Assembly (NCBI GenBank): GCA_040005235.1
Contig: JBDTZG010000024.1
Location: 13,583-77,582 of the forward strand
Source of the DNA: Acidobacteriota bacterium
Lineage (GTDB): Bacteria; Acidobacteriota; Thermoanaerobaculia; Multivoradales; UBA5704
Direction: 5' to 3'
Length of the DNA stretch: 64,000 bases
Shown here in pieces: positions 31,607 to 42,499 of this stretch. The notes below the pieces were generated by a model. The model worked only from the letters and a program-made list of their open reading frames with translations. It was not told where the DNA came from and made no database searches. Both the position numbers and the translations under genes were made by a program. How positions within the stretch are numbered: the first letter of the stretch is position 1; every line of letters begins with the position of its first letter.

Positions 31607-32110
31607 ATGTCGGCTATTATCGAGCGCGAGGACGAGCTTCCTCTCTCTGAGAGGCTGGGTACCTTGGGCGTGGTGCATCTCCGGGCGATCGCTGCGGTTG
31701 CCGGCTATACGGTGTCCGTACCCGAGTCTGACTACGACAGCGTCGACCTGATCGTGAAATCCAGGAGGGGCAGGAGGTCTCAGTTGGAATTCCAGGTGAA
31801 ATGCACTACGCAGATCATTCCCTCCGGCGAGAGCATCAGCTTCGAGCTGCCCAGGAAAAACTATGACGACCTGCGAGCCGACACGATTGCGCCCCGAGTG
31901 CTCTTCGTGGTTCTCGTTCCAAAAGATACCGGAGCATGGCTACAGCAAAACGAACGTCGAATGCATCTGCGCCACTGTGGGTATTGGTTCTCGCTTCGTG
32001 GTTTCGCTCAACGACCTAACTCGACTTCCGTGACCGTGCAGATTCCTCGCGGCAACCTGTTGACGCCCGCAGCGCTTCAAGCACTGATGGCGTGGGGGGC
32101 CATTCAATGA
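31607..32110 (+). CDS. DUF4365 family protein (PD-(D/E)xK-like)
   Basis: D.DSVD..EFQVKCT, NYDDLR, CGYW.SL.G, VTVQIP..N. Confidence 0.82.
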   Translation: MSAIIEREDELPLSERLGTLGVVHLRAIAAVAGYTVSVPESDYDSVDLIVKSRRGRRSQLEFQVKCTTQIIPSGESISFELPRKNYDDLRADTIAPRVLFVVLVPKDTGAWLQQNERRMHLRHCGYWFSLRGFAQRPNSTSVTVQIPRGNLLTPAALQALMAWGAIQ

Positions 32111-33303
32111 TCGTCTCCATCCGGGACAAAGCAACGCTCGCGGCGATTCGGCCCGCCAGAGTGGCGGCCTACTTGCAAGCCACGAACTGGAAACGGGTGG
32201 CGCTGGAGTCGGGGCGCTATTCGATCTGGGTGAATCCTTCGGCCCGTGAGCCCATCGAGCTACTCCTGCCGCTCGATTCAAAGTTCGACGATTTTCCGGA
32301 GAGGATGGCGGAACTGCTGCACGACCTTCAGAAGGAAGAGGAGCGGTCGCAGCTCGACATTCTCCGCGACATTGAGCTCAGCAGCTGTGACGTTTTTCGA
32401 TTCAGGAAGGATCCGCGCTCCGGTTTCTTGGGCGCCATCCAGCTCGAAGATGGCGTTCGGTTCGTCTCCTATGCTCGCGACCTGCTGCTTCTCGCCGCGT
32501 CCGCCGAGCACGATCCAGAGCGGGCCGGCATTGCGGGGCGAAGGTCGGATGACGTCACGTCGTTCATGTCTCAGGCGTTGCTGGGCCAGACCGAAATCTC
32601 GAGTTTTGTCGTCACGGCGCAAGTGCCCATTCCCGCGCGGTTGAACGAAGAGCTGTTCCCTGACGAGATCCCTTCGACTCCGGAGCCTTTCGAGCGGCGC
32701 GCCGGCGTTCGGTTGATGAATCTTCTTAGCCTCACCCGAGACGCAGCGCTCGAGGTCTCTCAAACCAACGATATCCAACCCTTCGTCGATGCTCTCGGCC
32801 AGGGCGCAACGGTCAACCTCTACAATACGCTGGTCGATGCGCAGTCGATCGTTCCCGGGCAACCCTTGGAAGTCAACTGCACCTGGGCGCCGAGCCGACC
32901 GCTGTTTGGGAGCAGCCCGCCGAAGTCGGTCCTCTTCGAACCCGAGATCATTCTTCCCATCAGGGCCGCGGTGGAGGGTCTCCGGACGCGCGCCCCCAAA
33001 GAGGGAGAACGGATCTTTGGCTTCGTCGAGGTGCTACAGCAATCCGCCCAAGAGGTCCTGGTGGGAGAGTTGGCGGTAGCCACCGTGATCGAGGGAAAGC
33101 CGCGGAAAATCTATCTATTCCTTCAGCAGCCGGACTACGGCAAGGCGATCGTCGCGTTCACAGAAAAACGACCGATCGAGATCACCGGAGATCTGCTCAA
33201 GGGCGGGAAGCGTTGGACTCTGCAGAACCCTCGGGACATGGCTCTCTACCCCGCTGGAGGTGCTTCGTTGGAAGAAGAGGATAAGGAGAGCGGTCAGCAA
33301 TAG
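32107..33303 (+). CDS. Hypothetical protein, DUF4365 partner
   Basis: ATGA overlap; AYL...W N-terminus, LGQTE.SSFV core, beta-rich C-terminus. Confidence 0.7.
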   Translation: MIVSIRDKATLAAIRPARVAAYLQATNWKRVALESGRYSIWVNPSAREPIELLLPLDSKFDDFPERMAELLHDLQKEEERSQLDILRDIELSSCDVFRFRKDPRSGFLGAIQLEDGVRFVSYARDLLLLAASAEHDPERAGIAGRRSDDVTSFMSQALLGQTEISSFVVTAQVPIPARLNEELFPDEIPSTPEPFERRAGVRLMNLLSLTRDAALEVSQTNDIQPFVDALGQGATVNLYNTLVDAQSIVPGQPLEVNCTWAPSRPLFGSSPPKSVLFEPEIILPIRAAVEGLRTRAPKEGERIFGFVEVLQQSAQEVLVGELAVATVIEGKPRKIYLFLQQPDYGKAIVAFTEKRPIEITGDLLKGGKRWTLQNPRDMALYPAGGASLEEEDKESGQQ

Positions 33304-33343
33304 CTGGTTAACTGCCGGACTTCGCTCGCCTGAGATCAGCGTC

Positions 33344-34708
33344 ATGAGCATTAATCCTCCCTCTCGCGAAGCTTTACTTGGTAACTTGGCTGATGCGGCA
33401 CTGTTCGGCTCCTTTGGATTATTTGTAGGTACTGGGCTTTCACGTGCCCTCACCAAAGGCACGGCTCTTTCCTTCAAAGACTTACTGGTTTCTGTCTCCC
33501 GTCAGCTCGGCGTCGACTTGGACTTCGAGGACGTCGATATTGTTTGCGGAAAATCCTACCCACAGCTGGCGGAGGAGATCGCCCAGCTTCTCTCGCAGAG
33601 TAAGAACTGCTCATATTCTGAGGCGACTCTTGGTCTTAAGCGCGCAATCTGCCGCGCTTGCGACCTACAGGCGGACGCCAGTCTAACGACGCGTTACCGA
33701 GAAGCAATGGAGCTGATTCGGGTACAGTGGGTAATTACCACCAATTATGATTTTATCTTAGAGGACTTGATTCCTAATTCCGTGTCGCTGCTGCCTAATG
33801 AACTACTAATTCCCAGGGTGGATTTCGTACCCATCTACCATTTTCATGGTCACGTTCGTTCTGCCGCAAGTATTGTCGTCACGGATTCAGACTACATCCG
33901 CCTTCTCGCACCGACAGAGTACCGCCAGCTAAAGCTGAATCTCTTAATGGCAGAGTCGAGCACTCTTATGCTGGGATACAGCCTTGGCGATATCAATGTT
34001 AAGACCGCCTTGGAGTGGTCCCGTGCCTTTGGAGCTGAGTGGGGACTGCGGGCGGAGGCGCATCAGTCACTTGTTGTACAGGCACTATATAAACCAGGAG
34101 CAACTCGTGAAACCGAGCCCTATTTTGGCCTGAATGGAGAGGTCATTATTGAAGTCGGAGACCTTTCGGTGATTTTGGGTGAAGTTTCAAAGGCCATCGA
34201 GACACGAAGGCTTGAATACACGGATCAAAAAGGGATGCTTGCTGATTGGATTAACGTGATTCCGGCCGGAAACCTGGCAGATGACGACGACCTTAGGATT
34301 GCTTTTCTGGATCTTCTTAGCCGGCTTCCGAGGCTTTACGACTTGCCAGCGGTAATCCGGTACCTCGGCGCTGTATTGGATCCAATCTGGGAAAGGGCGC
34401 GCGCTGACTGCGGCTGGAGTCACTATGATCGATTCCTCTGTGTTCTGCTTGATGTTTTTAGAACCCTCCCGACGCGCCAGATTCACCCATCTCTGCTTTC
34501 TTACCTTGGAGATCAGCTCGATTATTTGTCCTGGTACATAGACTCGGAAGGTAGAACGACACTTGGGACGTCTTTCGCTGCCTCACGTACTTGGCTGGGC
34601 AGAAAAGAAGAGATCCCCAAAGAGACTTGGAAAGCCTTAGTGGACTTTGCGACATATCGATCGCGCTACAGGCTGCTCAATCTTCTATCAGATCCAAGGG
34701 AGAGTTAG
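33344..34708 (+). CDS. SIR2-like (SIR2_2) protein
   Basis: LFVGTGLS, ITTNYD, YHFHG, LMLGYSLGDIN; AT-richer codon usage. Confidence 0.85.
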   Translation: MSINPPSREALLGNLADAALFGSFGLFVGTGLSRALTKGTALSFKDLLVSVSRQLGVDLDFEDVDIVCGKSYPQLAEEIAQLLSQSKNCSYSEATLGLKRAICRACDLQADASLTTRYREAMELIRVQWVITTNYDFILEDLIPNSVSLLPNELLIPRVDFVPIYHFHGHVRSAASIVVTDSDYIRLLAPTEYRQLKLNLLMAESSTLMLGYSLGDINVKTALEWSRAFGAEWGLRAEAHQSLVVQALYKPGATRETEPYFGLNGEVIIEVGDLSVILGEVSKAIETRRLEYTDQKGMLADWINVIPAGNLADDDDLRIAFLDLLSRLPRLYDLPAVIRYLGAVLDPIWERARADCGWSHYDRFLCVLLDVFRTLPTRQIHPSLLSYLGDQLDYLSWYIDSEGRTTLGTSFAASRTWLGRKEEIPKETWKALVDFATYRSRYRLLNLLSDPRES

Positions 34709-34901
34709 CGTCTTTCGGCAATGCGCGCGCACGCATCAGCCGCTCACCGGGCGTCATCTTGCTGGGTGGCAACACCGTTTCCAGGCAGACGATCGCCTCG
34801 CTATTTAGGCTGTAGGGATTCGTCAAGCAGTAGGATCTCCGGTCTCGCGCTGTTCATCGTCGATTGACCAGGCGCGTTCAGCATCAAGGAGGAGACCGCT
34901 G

Positions 34902-35594
34902 TTGAAAACCATCGGCCTGATCGGCGGCATGAGCTGGGAATCGACGGTCCCTTACTACCGCCAAATCAACGAGACGGTGAAGGAGCGTTTGGGCGGGCTT
35001 CACTCGGCGAAGGTGGTGCTCTACAGCGTGGACTTTCACGAGGTGGAGCGGTTGCAGCATTCGGGCGACTGGGAGGCCGCGGGGGCGTTGTTGGCCGGGG
35101 CGGCTCGGGCGGTGGAGGCGGCTGGGGCGGATTTTCTGGTGCTTTGTACGAACACGATGCACAAAGTCGCGGGAGCGATCGAAGGCGCGGTGGGTATCCC
35201 TCTTTTCCATATCGCCGATCCCACGGCCGAGGAGATCAAGGCGGCGGGGTTTAGGACGGTGGGTTTGATCGGCACCCGGTTCACGATGGAGCAGGAGTTC
35301 TACAAGGATCGGCTTAGCGATCGACATGGCCTGGCGGTTCTGGTTCCTCCGGTGGAGGACCGCGAGATCGTGCATCGGGTGATCTACGAGGAGCTTTGTC
35401 TCGGCAAGATCGTCGACGGCTCCCGGGTGGAGTTCCGGCGGATCATGGCGGACCTGGTGAGTGAGGGGGCGGAGGCGATCATTCTCGGCTGCACGGAGAT
35501 TTCGCTTCTGGTGGGAGCGGAGGACTCTACCGTTCCGCTGTTCGATACGACGAGCATCCACGCGCGGAAGGCGGCGGAGTGGGCCTTGGCGTAG
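34902..35594 (+). CDS. Aspartate/glutamate racemase family
   Basis: IGLIGGMSWEST, LCTNTMH, ILGCTEI. Confidence 0.95.
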   Translation: MKTIGLIGGMSWESTVPYYRQINETVKERLGGLHSAKVVLYSVDFHEVERLQHSGDWEAAGALLAGAARAVEAAGADFLVLCTNTMHKVAGAIEGAVGIPLFHIADPTAEEIKAAGFRTVGLIGTRFTMEQEFYKDRLSDRHGLAVLVPPVEDREIVHRVIYEELCLGKIVDGSRVEFRRIMADLVSEGAEAIILGCTEISLLVGAEDSTVPLFDTTSIHARKAAEWALA

Positions 35595-35749
35595 GGATGA
35601 GGCGGGCGACCTTGACGAGCTTGAAATCCGTCCTTGAAAAGGCTTGACCGGCAGTGTCGCCCCGCGCCGGGGGTGGAGTGGTTCTGCCCCCGGCGTTTTC
35701 TGACCGCCCCGCGATAGGCTAGGTCGCCGATCGCAATCCCCGGACACTC

Positions 35750-36727
35750 ATGAAGCTGATCATCCAGATTCCGTGCCTCAACGAGGAGGCCTCTCTGCCG
35801 ACCACGCTCGCGGCCTTGCCGCGCTCGTTGCCGGGAATCGATTGCGTCGAGTGGCTGATCATCGACGACGGCTCGACCGATCGGACGGTCGAGGTGGCCC
35901 GGGCGCATGGGGTGGACCACGTGGTCCGTTTCGGCACCAACCAGGGGCTCGCCCGGGCGTTCATGGCGGGGTTGGAGGGGGCGATCCGGGCGGGGGCGGA
36001 CATTATCGTCAATACGGACGCCGACAATCAGTACGACGCGGCGGACATCCCGAAGCTGATCGAGCCGATCCTCGCCGGACGGGCCGAGATGGTGATCGGC
36101 GCGCGGCCGATCGACGAGATCACCCACTTCTCGCCGTTCAAGAAGCTGCTCCAGAAGATCGGCAGCTGGGTCGTGCGGAAAGCCTCGGGGACGACGATTC
36201 CGGACAGCCCGAGCGGATTCCGGGCGTTTTCGAGGAACGCCGCGCTGCAACTGAATGTCTTCTCGCGCTACACCTACACGCTGGAGACGATCATCCAGGC
36301 GGGGCAAAAGGGGATTCCGATCACCTGGGTGCCGATCCGCACCAACGAGGATCTGCGCCCGTCACGCTTGGTGAAGGGGATCGCGGACTACGTGCGGCGG
36401 TCGGTGTTCACGATCCTGCGGATCTTCCTGCTCTATCGGCCGCTGCGGTCGTTCTTCTGGGTTGGGACGGTGTTCATCACGCCGGGGTTCTTTCTAATGG
36501 TGCGCTGGCTGGTGTTCTTCCTTCAGGGCTCCACCCGGGTTCGCGCGCCGTCGTTGATCCTCGCCGCGGTGTTGATCATCATCGGCTTCCAGACCTGGAT
36601 TCTCGGCTTCGTGGCCGATCTGCTCGCGGCCAACCGCCGGTTGCTCGAAGAGAACCAGCTCCGCCTGCGGCGACTGGAGCTTGGGACGCCCGCTCCTGTG
36701 CCGCCGGGCGAGGATCGCCGGCCTTGA
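35750..36727 (+). CDS. GT2 glycosyltransferase (DPM1-like, C-terminal TMs)
   Basis: [28 protein letters not shown]. Confidence 0.93.
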   Translation: MKLIIQIPCLNEEASLPTTLAALPRSLPGIDCVEWLIIDDGSTDRTVEVARAHGVDHVVRFGTNQGLARAFMAGLEGAIRAGADIIVNTDADNQYDAADIPKLIEPILAGRAEMVIGARPIDEITHFSPFKKLLQKIGSWVVRKASGTTIPDSPSGFRAFSRNAALQLNVFSRYTYTLETIIQAGQKGIPITWVPIRTNEDLRPSRLVKGIADYVRRSVFTILRIFLLYRPLRSFFWVGTVFITPGFFLMVRWLVFFLQGSTRVRAPSLILAAVLIIIGFQTWILGFVADLLAANRRLLEENQLRLRRLELGTPAPVPPGEDRRP

Positions 36728-38235
36728 GCGGTCCGCCGCTCTGGAATCGGTTCGAGCGGGAGGTGATCGAGCCGGGCAACTGCCTGCACTGCGGCGCGTG
36801 CGTGGGCTTGGCACCCGAGCTGTTGCGGTTCGAGGAGACGCCGCGCGGGCCGTTGCCGCGATGGATCGGCAAATCAGGGCAACCGGACGTAGGGGCGGAG
36901 CTCGCCTCCGCCCGGGATGTCCGAGGCCTGCCAAATCGGGCGGAGACAAGCTCCGCCCCTACGGAGGATTCCGAAAACCTCGCGCTCGCCTGGGCCGTTT
37001 GCCCCGGCCGCGGCATTCCTTACCCGGAGCTGTTCGCCCATCTCGGCCGGCCGCCGGAGTCTTGGCTGATCGGGCCGTTCGAGCAGATCTACGTCGGCCA
37101 TTCGGCGGATGAGGCCGTGCGGCGGCGGGGCGCTTCGGGAGGTGTGATTTCCCAGGTGCTCATTCACCTGTTGGAAACGGGCCGGATCGACGGGGCGGTC
37201 GTCTGCCGGCAGGGGGTGCCCGTTCCCGACACCGCGAGCCCGGTGATCGCCAGGACGCGCGACGAGGTGCTCGCCGCGGCACAGAGCGTCTATGCGGTGA
37301 CGCCGATGCTTTCTATCCTCCCCGAGATGGCGAAGTTCGAGGGGCGGCTCGCATTCGTCGGCCTGCCCGAGCAGGTGGCAGCCTTGAGAATGTTGCAGGC
37401 GGCGGGTGATCCCGCGGCTTTGAAGGTCGTGTTCGTCGCCGGGCCGTACGTCGGCACCAACATGTATCGCGGCGCGGTCCGGGCGTTTCTGCGCGGCCAT
37501 GGGGTGGCGGACGATGTGGCGATCGCCAAGCTCGAATGGCGGGCGGGCGAATGGCCGGGGTACCTGCGGGTCGAGACCGCTGAGGGCCAAGTGTTTTCGG
37601 CCCACAAGTTCTATTACAACTACCTGATTCCGTTTTTCATCTCGCGCAATTGCCAGATCATTCCGGACTTCACGAACGAGGCGACCGACCTGTCGGTGGG
37701 CGATGCGTGGAGCCCGGAGCTGGAGACCGCCGGCGGCGGCCATTCGGTCGTGGTGGCGCGGAGCGCCGCGACGGTCGAGCTGCTGACCGAGATGAAGAAC
37801 GCCGGCCGGCTCGCTCTCGATCCGATCGACTGGCAGCGGGCCGCGACGATGCACGGCCACATGATCGATTTCAAGAAGCGCGGGGCGTTTCTGCGGCTCG
37901 ACGCGCAGGCACGGCGCGGGCTGCCGGTTCCCGACTACGGCTACCGCCCGGCATCGATCGCGCGGGAGCGCCGGGTGGTCGAAGCCGTGATCAGCGGCTC
38001 GTTCCGCTTCGGAAGGCAACGTTGGGCGCGCTGGGTCGTTTCGCGCCTGCCGCTCGGGCTCGTCGGTCCGGCGTTCAACGCGCTGCGCAAGGGGTGGAAG
38101 TCGATCTCCAAGCCGACCAAGCGGAAGGGGCTGGCCGCGGTCGATTTCTCGTTTCGGCCGAATCCGGCACGCTGGGCGGAGATCGCCGATTTCGCGGGCC
38201 GGCAAGGCGAACCCTGCGAGCACTGCGAGCGATGA
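36724..38235 (+). CDS. F420 hydrogenase/dehydrogenase beta-subunit (FrhB)-like Fe-S protein
   Basis: [38 protein letters not shown] start overlapping the GT2 stop. Confidence 0.85.
   Translation: MSGPPLWNRFEREVIEPGNCLHCGACVGLAPELLRFEETPRGPLPRWIGKSGQPDVGAELASARDVRGLPNRAETSSAPTEDSENLALAWAVCPGRGIPYPELFAHLGRPPESWLIGPFEQIYVGHSADEAVRRRGASGGVISQVLIHLLETGRIDGAVVCRQGVPVPDTASPVIARTRDEVLAAAQSVYAVTPMLSILPEMAKFEGRLAFVGLPEQVAALRMLQAAGDPAALKVVFVAGPYVGTNMYRGAVRAFLRGHGVADDVAIAKLEWRAGEWPGYLRVETAEGQVFSAHKFYYNYLIPFFISRNCQIIPDFTNEATDLSVGDAWSPELETAGGGHSVVVARSAATVELLTEMKNAGRLALDPIDWQRAATMHGHMIDFKKRGAFLRLDAQARRGLPVPDYGYRPASIARERRVVEAVISGSFRFGRQRWARWVVSRLPLGLVGPAFNALRKGWKSISKPTKRKGLAAVDFSFRPNPARWAEIADFAGRQGEPCEHCER
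36889..36962. repeat. GTAG-type REP doublet (REPIN-like) within the CDS
   Basis: GTAGGGGCGGAGCTCGCCTCCGCCC ... GGGCGGAGACAAGCTCCGCCCCTAC inverted pair. Confidence 0.8.
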
Positions 38236-39845
38236 GCTATCTATCGCGCGCGCTCCGGGCGTACGCCGACCGGCAACTGCCGCGGGTGCTCACCCAGATG
38301 GATCGCGATCCGGATTCGCCCCGGTTCGGCAATTTCGACCGCAACCACTGGCACTACAAGATCCGCGATTTCTCCTCGGCGATTTTGCAGCAGGGGGCGT
38401 TCACGCTCGACGCTCTCCTCTGCGGCGACCTGGAAATGCCGGGCGATCCGGAGAAGATCGAGTCTTGGGCGGTTGGTGCGGTGAACGCGCTCGCGGCCCA
38501 GGTGCGGCGGGACGGCGGGGTCGACGAGTATTTTCCCTACGAGCGAAGCTACCCGGCCGCGGCCTTCGGGCTCTACGCGGCGGCGCGGTTGGCGCTCGAT
38601 TGGCAGACTTCGCGGCCGGCGCTTGCGTCCGGGATCGAATGGCGCGGGCTGTCGCGGCTCGCGGCGCATCTGGATCGCCGGCAGGAGACGGAAGCCTCGA
38701 ACCAGCAGGCGGCGGGGCTTGCGGCGCTTGCGCTCGCGGCGCGGCTGCCGGAGATCTCTCCCCGGGCCGCGCGCATAGCGGAGCACGCCGAGCGGTTGTT
38801 CGCGAGTCAACATGCTGAAGGATGGTTTCCCGAGTATGGCGGCCCGGACTTCGGCTATCTGACCGTGACGATCGACGCGCTGGTCGATTACCACGATGCG
38901 ACGGACGATCCACGCGCTCCCGCCGCGATCGATCGGGCGGTCGAGTTTCTCGCTTCTCTGGTCGGCGCGGACGGGCGGCTTCCTTCGACTCTCAACAGCC
39001 GGAACACCGACTACGTGGTCCCCTATGGTTTGGCCCGAACGGGAGCGCGCAACCGCCGTGCGGCCTGGCTGGTCGAGACGCTGTTTCGGGATGCCGACGA
39101 TCCCGGACACTTTCTTTGGGCGACCGACGATCGGTACCACAGCCACTATGTCTACGCGAGCGTCGTGCGGGCGCTGCCTCATCTCGATCGCATGCTCGCG
39201 GGCGAGCCGCCACCCGAGCGGGGCGGCGTGACGTTTGAGGGCGCCGGTTACCGCGTCGTCTGGAGCGAGGATCGGACCTGGAGCGCGGCGATCGGCCTAC
39301 GGAAGGGCGGGCTGGTGCGCATTCATCGCCGCAACGCGCCGCCGCTGCTCGATCATGGTTGGCGGGTTCGGAACGGCTCCGCGCTCTGGACCAGCAACTG
39401 GTGGCAAGGGTCGGAGGCGCGCATCGAGGCCGCGGGAGCGGGAGACGATCACCTGCGGATCGCGGGCACTTGTAGGAAGGCGAGCTTTCTGGTGCCGACC
39501 CCTTGGAAGCACGCCGCCCTGCGGATCGCTTCGAAAGTGCTCGGCGCACGGCTGCTCAAGCCCTTGCGGCGCCTGTTGATCTTCAAGCCGCAGAGCGAAA
39601 ATCCAAACGCCCCACGCTTCGAGCGGGAGATCGAGGTCAACGAGCGCGGCATCGCGGTGCGCGATCGCCTGACCTTTCCATCGGGAGCGGTAGCGGAGCG
39701 GAGCCCGCGGCAGAACCTGCGCCATGTGGCGAGCGCGGAGAGCTTTCATTCGGAAGATCTGCTGCTGCCGATCCCCGCGCGAATCGAGCGGTCGGCCACG
39801 GGACTCACCGCCGAATGGCGGTTCCCGGAGGGGCCAGGCTCTTGA
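38232..39845 (+). CDS. Hypothetical alpha/alpha-toroid (heparinase-like) protein
   Basis: ATGA overlap; [27 protein letters not shown]. Confidence 0.65.
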   Translation: MSYLSRALRAYADRQLPRVLTQMDRDPDSPRFGNFDRNHWHYKIRDFSSAILQQGAFTLDALLCGDLEMPGDPEKIESWAVGAVNALAAQVRRDGGVDEYFPYERSYPAAAFGLYAAARLALDWQTSRPALASGIEWRGLSRLAAHLDRRQETEASNQQAAGLAALALAARLPEISPRAARIAEHAERLFASQHAEGWFPEYGGPDFGYLTVTIDALVDYHDATDDPRAPAAIDRAVEFLASLVGADGRLPSTLNSRNTDYVVPYGLARTGARNRRAAWLVETLFRDADDPGHFLWATDDRYHSHYVYASVVRALPHLDRMLAGEPPPERGGVTFEGAGYRVVWSEDRTWSAAIGLRKGGLVRIHRRNAPPLLDHGWRVRNGSALWTSNWWQGSEARIEAAGAGDDHLRIAGTCRKASFLVPTPWKHAALRIASKVLGARLLKPLRRLLIFKPQSENPNAPRFEREIEVNERGIAVRDRLTFPSGAVAERSPRQNLRHVASAESFHSEDLLLPIPARIERSATGLTAEWRFPEGPGS

Positions 39846-41515
39846 GTGTGGCTGAAGGCTTGGCGCCCACCGAGCCGGGAACCGCAGAAAGTCCGCGATT
39901 CGGGCTCATCCCTTGGCTCGCTCTTCTCGCCGGGGCCGCCGTGCTCTTCCTGCTCGGGATCACCTGGGGCTTGCCGAGCTGGCGCGGCTGGGCGGGGGAC
40001 GAGATCCGGCCGAACCAGGTGGCGTTCGCGGTCCATCGCGCGTTTTCCGGCGGCTGGCACACGAAATATCCGCCTTTTCATTACTACGTCTTGGCGCTGG
40101 TTCAAGCACCCATACGGGCGCTCGCCGGAGTCGGACCCGTTCCGGGAAAAGGGCTCGATCTCAACAGTTGGCTGTTCGTTCTGTCGCGGCTGGTGAGCGT
40201 CGCCATGGCGCTCGGCGCGGTGGCCGCGATCGCCGAGGTGGGCCGGTCGGTTTCGAATCGGCGCGCCGGGCTGTTCGCCGGTGTGCTGGTAGCGACCGGC
40301 GCGCCGTTCGTCTACTTCGCGAAGACGGCGAACGTGGAGATGCCTTTCTTCTTCTGGTTCGCGCTGTCGCTGGTTTTCTTCGTCCGCCTGTTGGACGGCC
40401 ACCGGATGCGCGATTACCTGCTCTTCGGGGCATGCGCGGTGTTTGCGATCACCAGCAAAGACCAGGCGTACGGGCTGTACGCCCTCGTGCCGCTGGCCGT
40501 AGTTCCTTCGTTGATGCGGGCACGGACCCAAGAGGGGAGATCCGGGGGATTCTTCGGCGCGCTGTTCGATCGGCGCATCCTCGCGGTGCTCGGCCTCGGC
40601 CTCGGGCTGGCCGCGGTGATCTACAACTGGGCCTTCAACTTCGGCGGGTTTCTCGCCCACGTTCACACCCTGCTCGGGCCGCAATCGGAAGAGGCCAAGG
40701 CGTTCGCCAACACCCCTGCGGGCCACTTCGGCAACCTGATCGAAAATCTGTCGCACCTGCGGTTCTGCATGGGCTGGCCGGCCTTCGTGGTGGCCGGGCT
40801 GGGTGTAGTGCATGTGCTGGTGAGGTCTTGCGGCCGGGAAAGGAAGATGTACGGCGCGCTCGCGGTTTTGGGCGGCTCCTATTACCTGACCTTCTTGCTG
40901 CCGATCCTGTTCAGTCGCGACCGCTACGTGCTGCCGCTCGCCTTGCTTCTAGCGCTACCGGCCGGCCGTTTTCTGGCGGCGATCACGCTGCTCGGCCGGC
41001 CAGCGCTTCGGGCTTTCGGCATCCTGGCCGCTACTTCCGTACTCGCCTACGGCGTTCTCTACGCCCTGTCGGTTGATCGGCGGATGATGCATGACGCGCG
41101 CTACGACGCCGAGGCCTTCGCCCGGGACAACGGCGGCTTGGCGGATTCTTTGGCGCTCGGCCGAGCGAAACACGCGCCGCGCCTGCCGCATGCCGGCTGG
41201 GGGAGCTTTCCGGCGGTGCTCGCGCGTCGCGCGCCGGGGATCGTCGCGGTCAACGTCATCGATCTGCGGACCCCAGCGGAGCGCGCGTCCTACGACCGGC
41301 TAATGTCGGGGGAGGTCGGTTATTTTCTCGCCAAGCGCTTCGAGTGGAGCTCGCGCTGGGATGTTCTGGATACTCGCGGCACCTATTCGAGCCTGGTGTT
41401 CGTGAATCCGGAGATGGCGTTGTTCCGTCGCGACCCCTCCCTGCCGCGAGGCGGGCGGAGCGGCCGGCGAAACGACGTTTTCGAAGAGAAAGAGCCCGCC
41501 CTCGACGAAGAGTGA
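39842..41515 (+). CDS. GT39/ArnT-like membrane glycosyltransferase
   Basis: W.GDE, KYPPFHYY, many TM helices, RY.LP. Confidence 0.8.
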   Translation: MSVAEGLAPTEPGTAESPRFGLIPWLALLAGAAVLFLLGITWGLPSWRGWAGDEIRPNQVAFAVHRAFSGGWHTKYPPFHYYVLALVQAPIRALAGVGPVPGKGLDLNSWLFVLSRLVSVAMALGAVAAIAEVGRSVSNRRAGLFAGVLVATGAPFVYFAKTANVEMPFFFWFALSLVFFVRLLDGHRMRDYLLFGACAVFAITSKDQAYGLYALVPLAVVPSLMRARTQEGRSGGFFGALFDRRILAVLGLGLGLAAVIYNWAFNFGGFLAHVHTLLGPQSEEAKAFANTPAGHFGNLIENLSHLRFCMGWPAFVVAGLGVVHVLVRSCGRERKMYGALAVLGGSYYLTFLLPILFSRDRYVLPLALLLALPAGRFLAAITLLGRPALRAFGILAATSVLAYGVLYALSVDRRMMHDARYDAEAFARDNGGLADSLALGRAKHAPRLPHAGWGSFPAVLARRAPGIVAVNVIDLRTPAERASYDRLMSGEVGYFLAKRFEWSSRWDVLDTRGTYSSLVFVNPEMALFRRDPSLPRGGRSGRRNDVFEEKEPALDEE

Positions 41516-41761
41516 ACGGAAGAGCCTCATGAGGCGTGCCCGAAGGAATCCTCGAACGCCCGCGAGCGTCCTGGTCGGCATTCTGATGATGGGGGCCGTG
41601 CGCGAGATCGACGGTCAAGGCGGCCGCGGGCAAAGGGCGCGAGGTCCACCCGGTGCTCTGGGGGCTCGCCCTGTTGCTCGTGCTGCGCTATGCGTTCCTA
41701 CCGCTCTCGAGCGGTAGGACGCAGCCGGACGTCTTGACGACGGGACCCAGCCCCTCGGCGC

Positions 41762-42250
41762 TCAGCCCGAGAAGACGTCGACGCGTTCGTCGTCCGCGGT
41801 TTCGGCGAGCGAGCCGGCGCGGTGGAGGAAGCGCAGCAGGCGATGAAAGCCGGCGAGCATCTCGCCGAGCGCCTGTTCCTCTTCTTCCGGTAGCGGACGG
41901 TCGATCCCGAGCGTGCGATAGACGTCGACTTTCGGTCCCGGCTCGCCACCGGCCGCCAACCCGCCGCGCCAGACCGAGGCCCAACCGCTCGGGTTCTGCG
42001 GTTCCGGGCGACGCCCGGTGAGAGGGCGCTCGTTGACGATCTGGAGCGCGCTGTGAAGATCGGACAAGTCGCTACCGAGCGAATCGAGGATCTTTTCGAG
42101 CGTGTCCAGGGACGGCTTCTGTTTGCCGGTTTCGTACGCCGAAAGCATCGCCTTGGTGATGCCGGCCGTATCGGCCACCTGGTACTGCCTCTTACCCTGG
42201 CGGTCGCGAAGCCAGCGCAAGGATCTCCCCAAACCATGAAAGATTGGCAT
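41762..42250 (-). CDS. XRE-family HTH regulator
   Basis: LRWLR..QYQVADTAGITKAMLSAYETGKQKPSLDTL. Confidence 0.9.
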   Translation of the reverse strand: MPIFHGLGRSLRWLRDRQGKRQYQVADTAGITKAMLSAYETGKQKPSLDTLEKILDSLGSDLSDLHSALQIVNERPLTGRRPEPQNPSGWASVWRGGLAAGGEPGPKVDVYRTLGIDRPLPEEEEQALGEMLAGFHRLLRFLHRAGSLAETADDERVDVFSG

Positions 42251-42499
42251 GGCGACAACGATAGCGCGACCGATCTTCCTTGGCAACCGTAAGCTCAGTT
42301 CTTTCAATAACTTACATCCTGGCCTGTAGTAGCTTGCGACCGCAACTTGTTGCTTGACAAAGACAAGATGCAGGGCCTAGAGTTGCTGGCAACGAGAAAA
42401 TTTTTTGCCGCAATGCTGCCGACGACCTGCTTTTTTATCTTTCCGGGGCGTCGAGTTTCCTTCCTGGAGAGAGGCCGGCCCGGCAGAGGAGGTCCGAAA

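Noticed and set aside
41529-41717. Short hydrophobic ORF fragments after the GT39 gene
   Set aside because: Possibly a gene remnant, but too short to assign.
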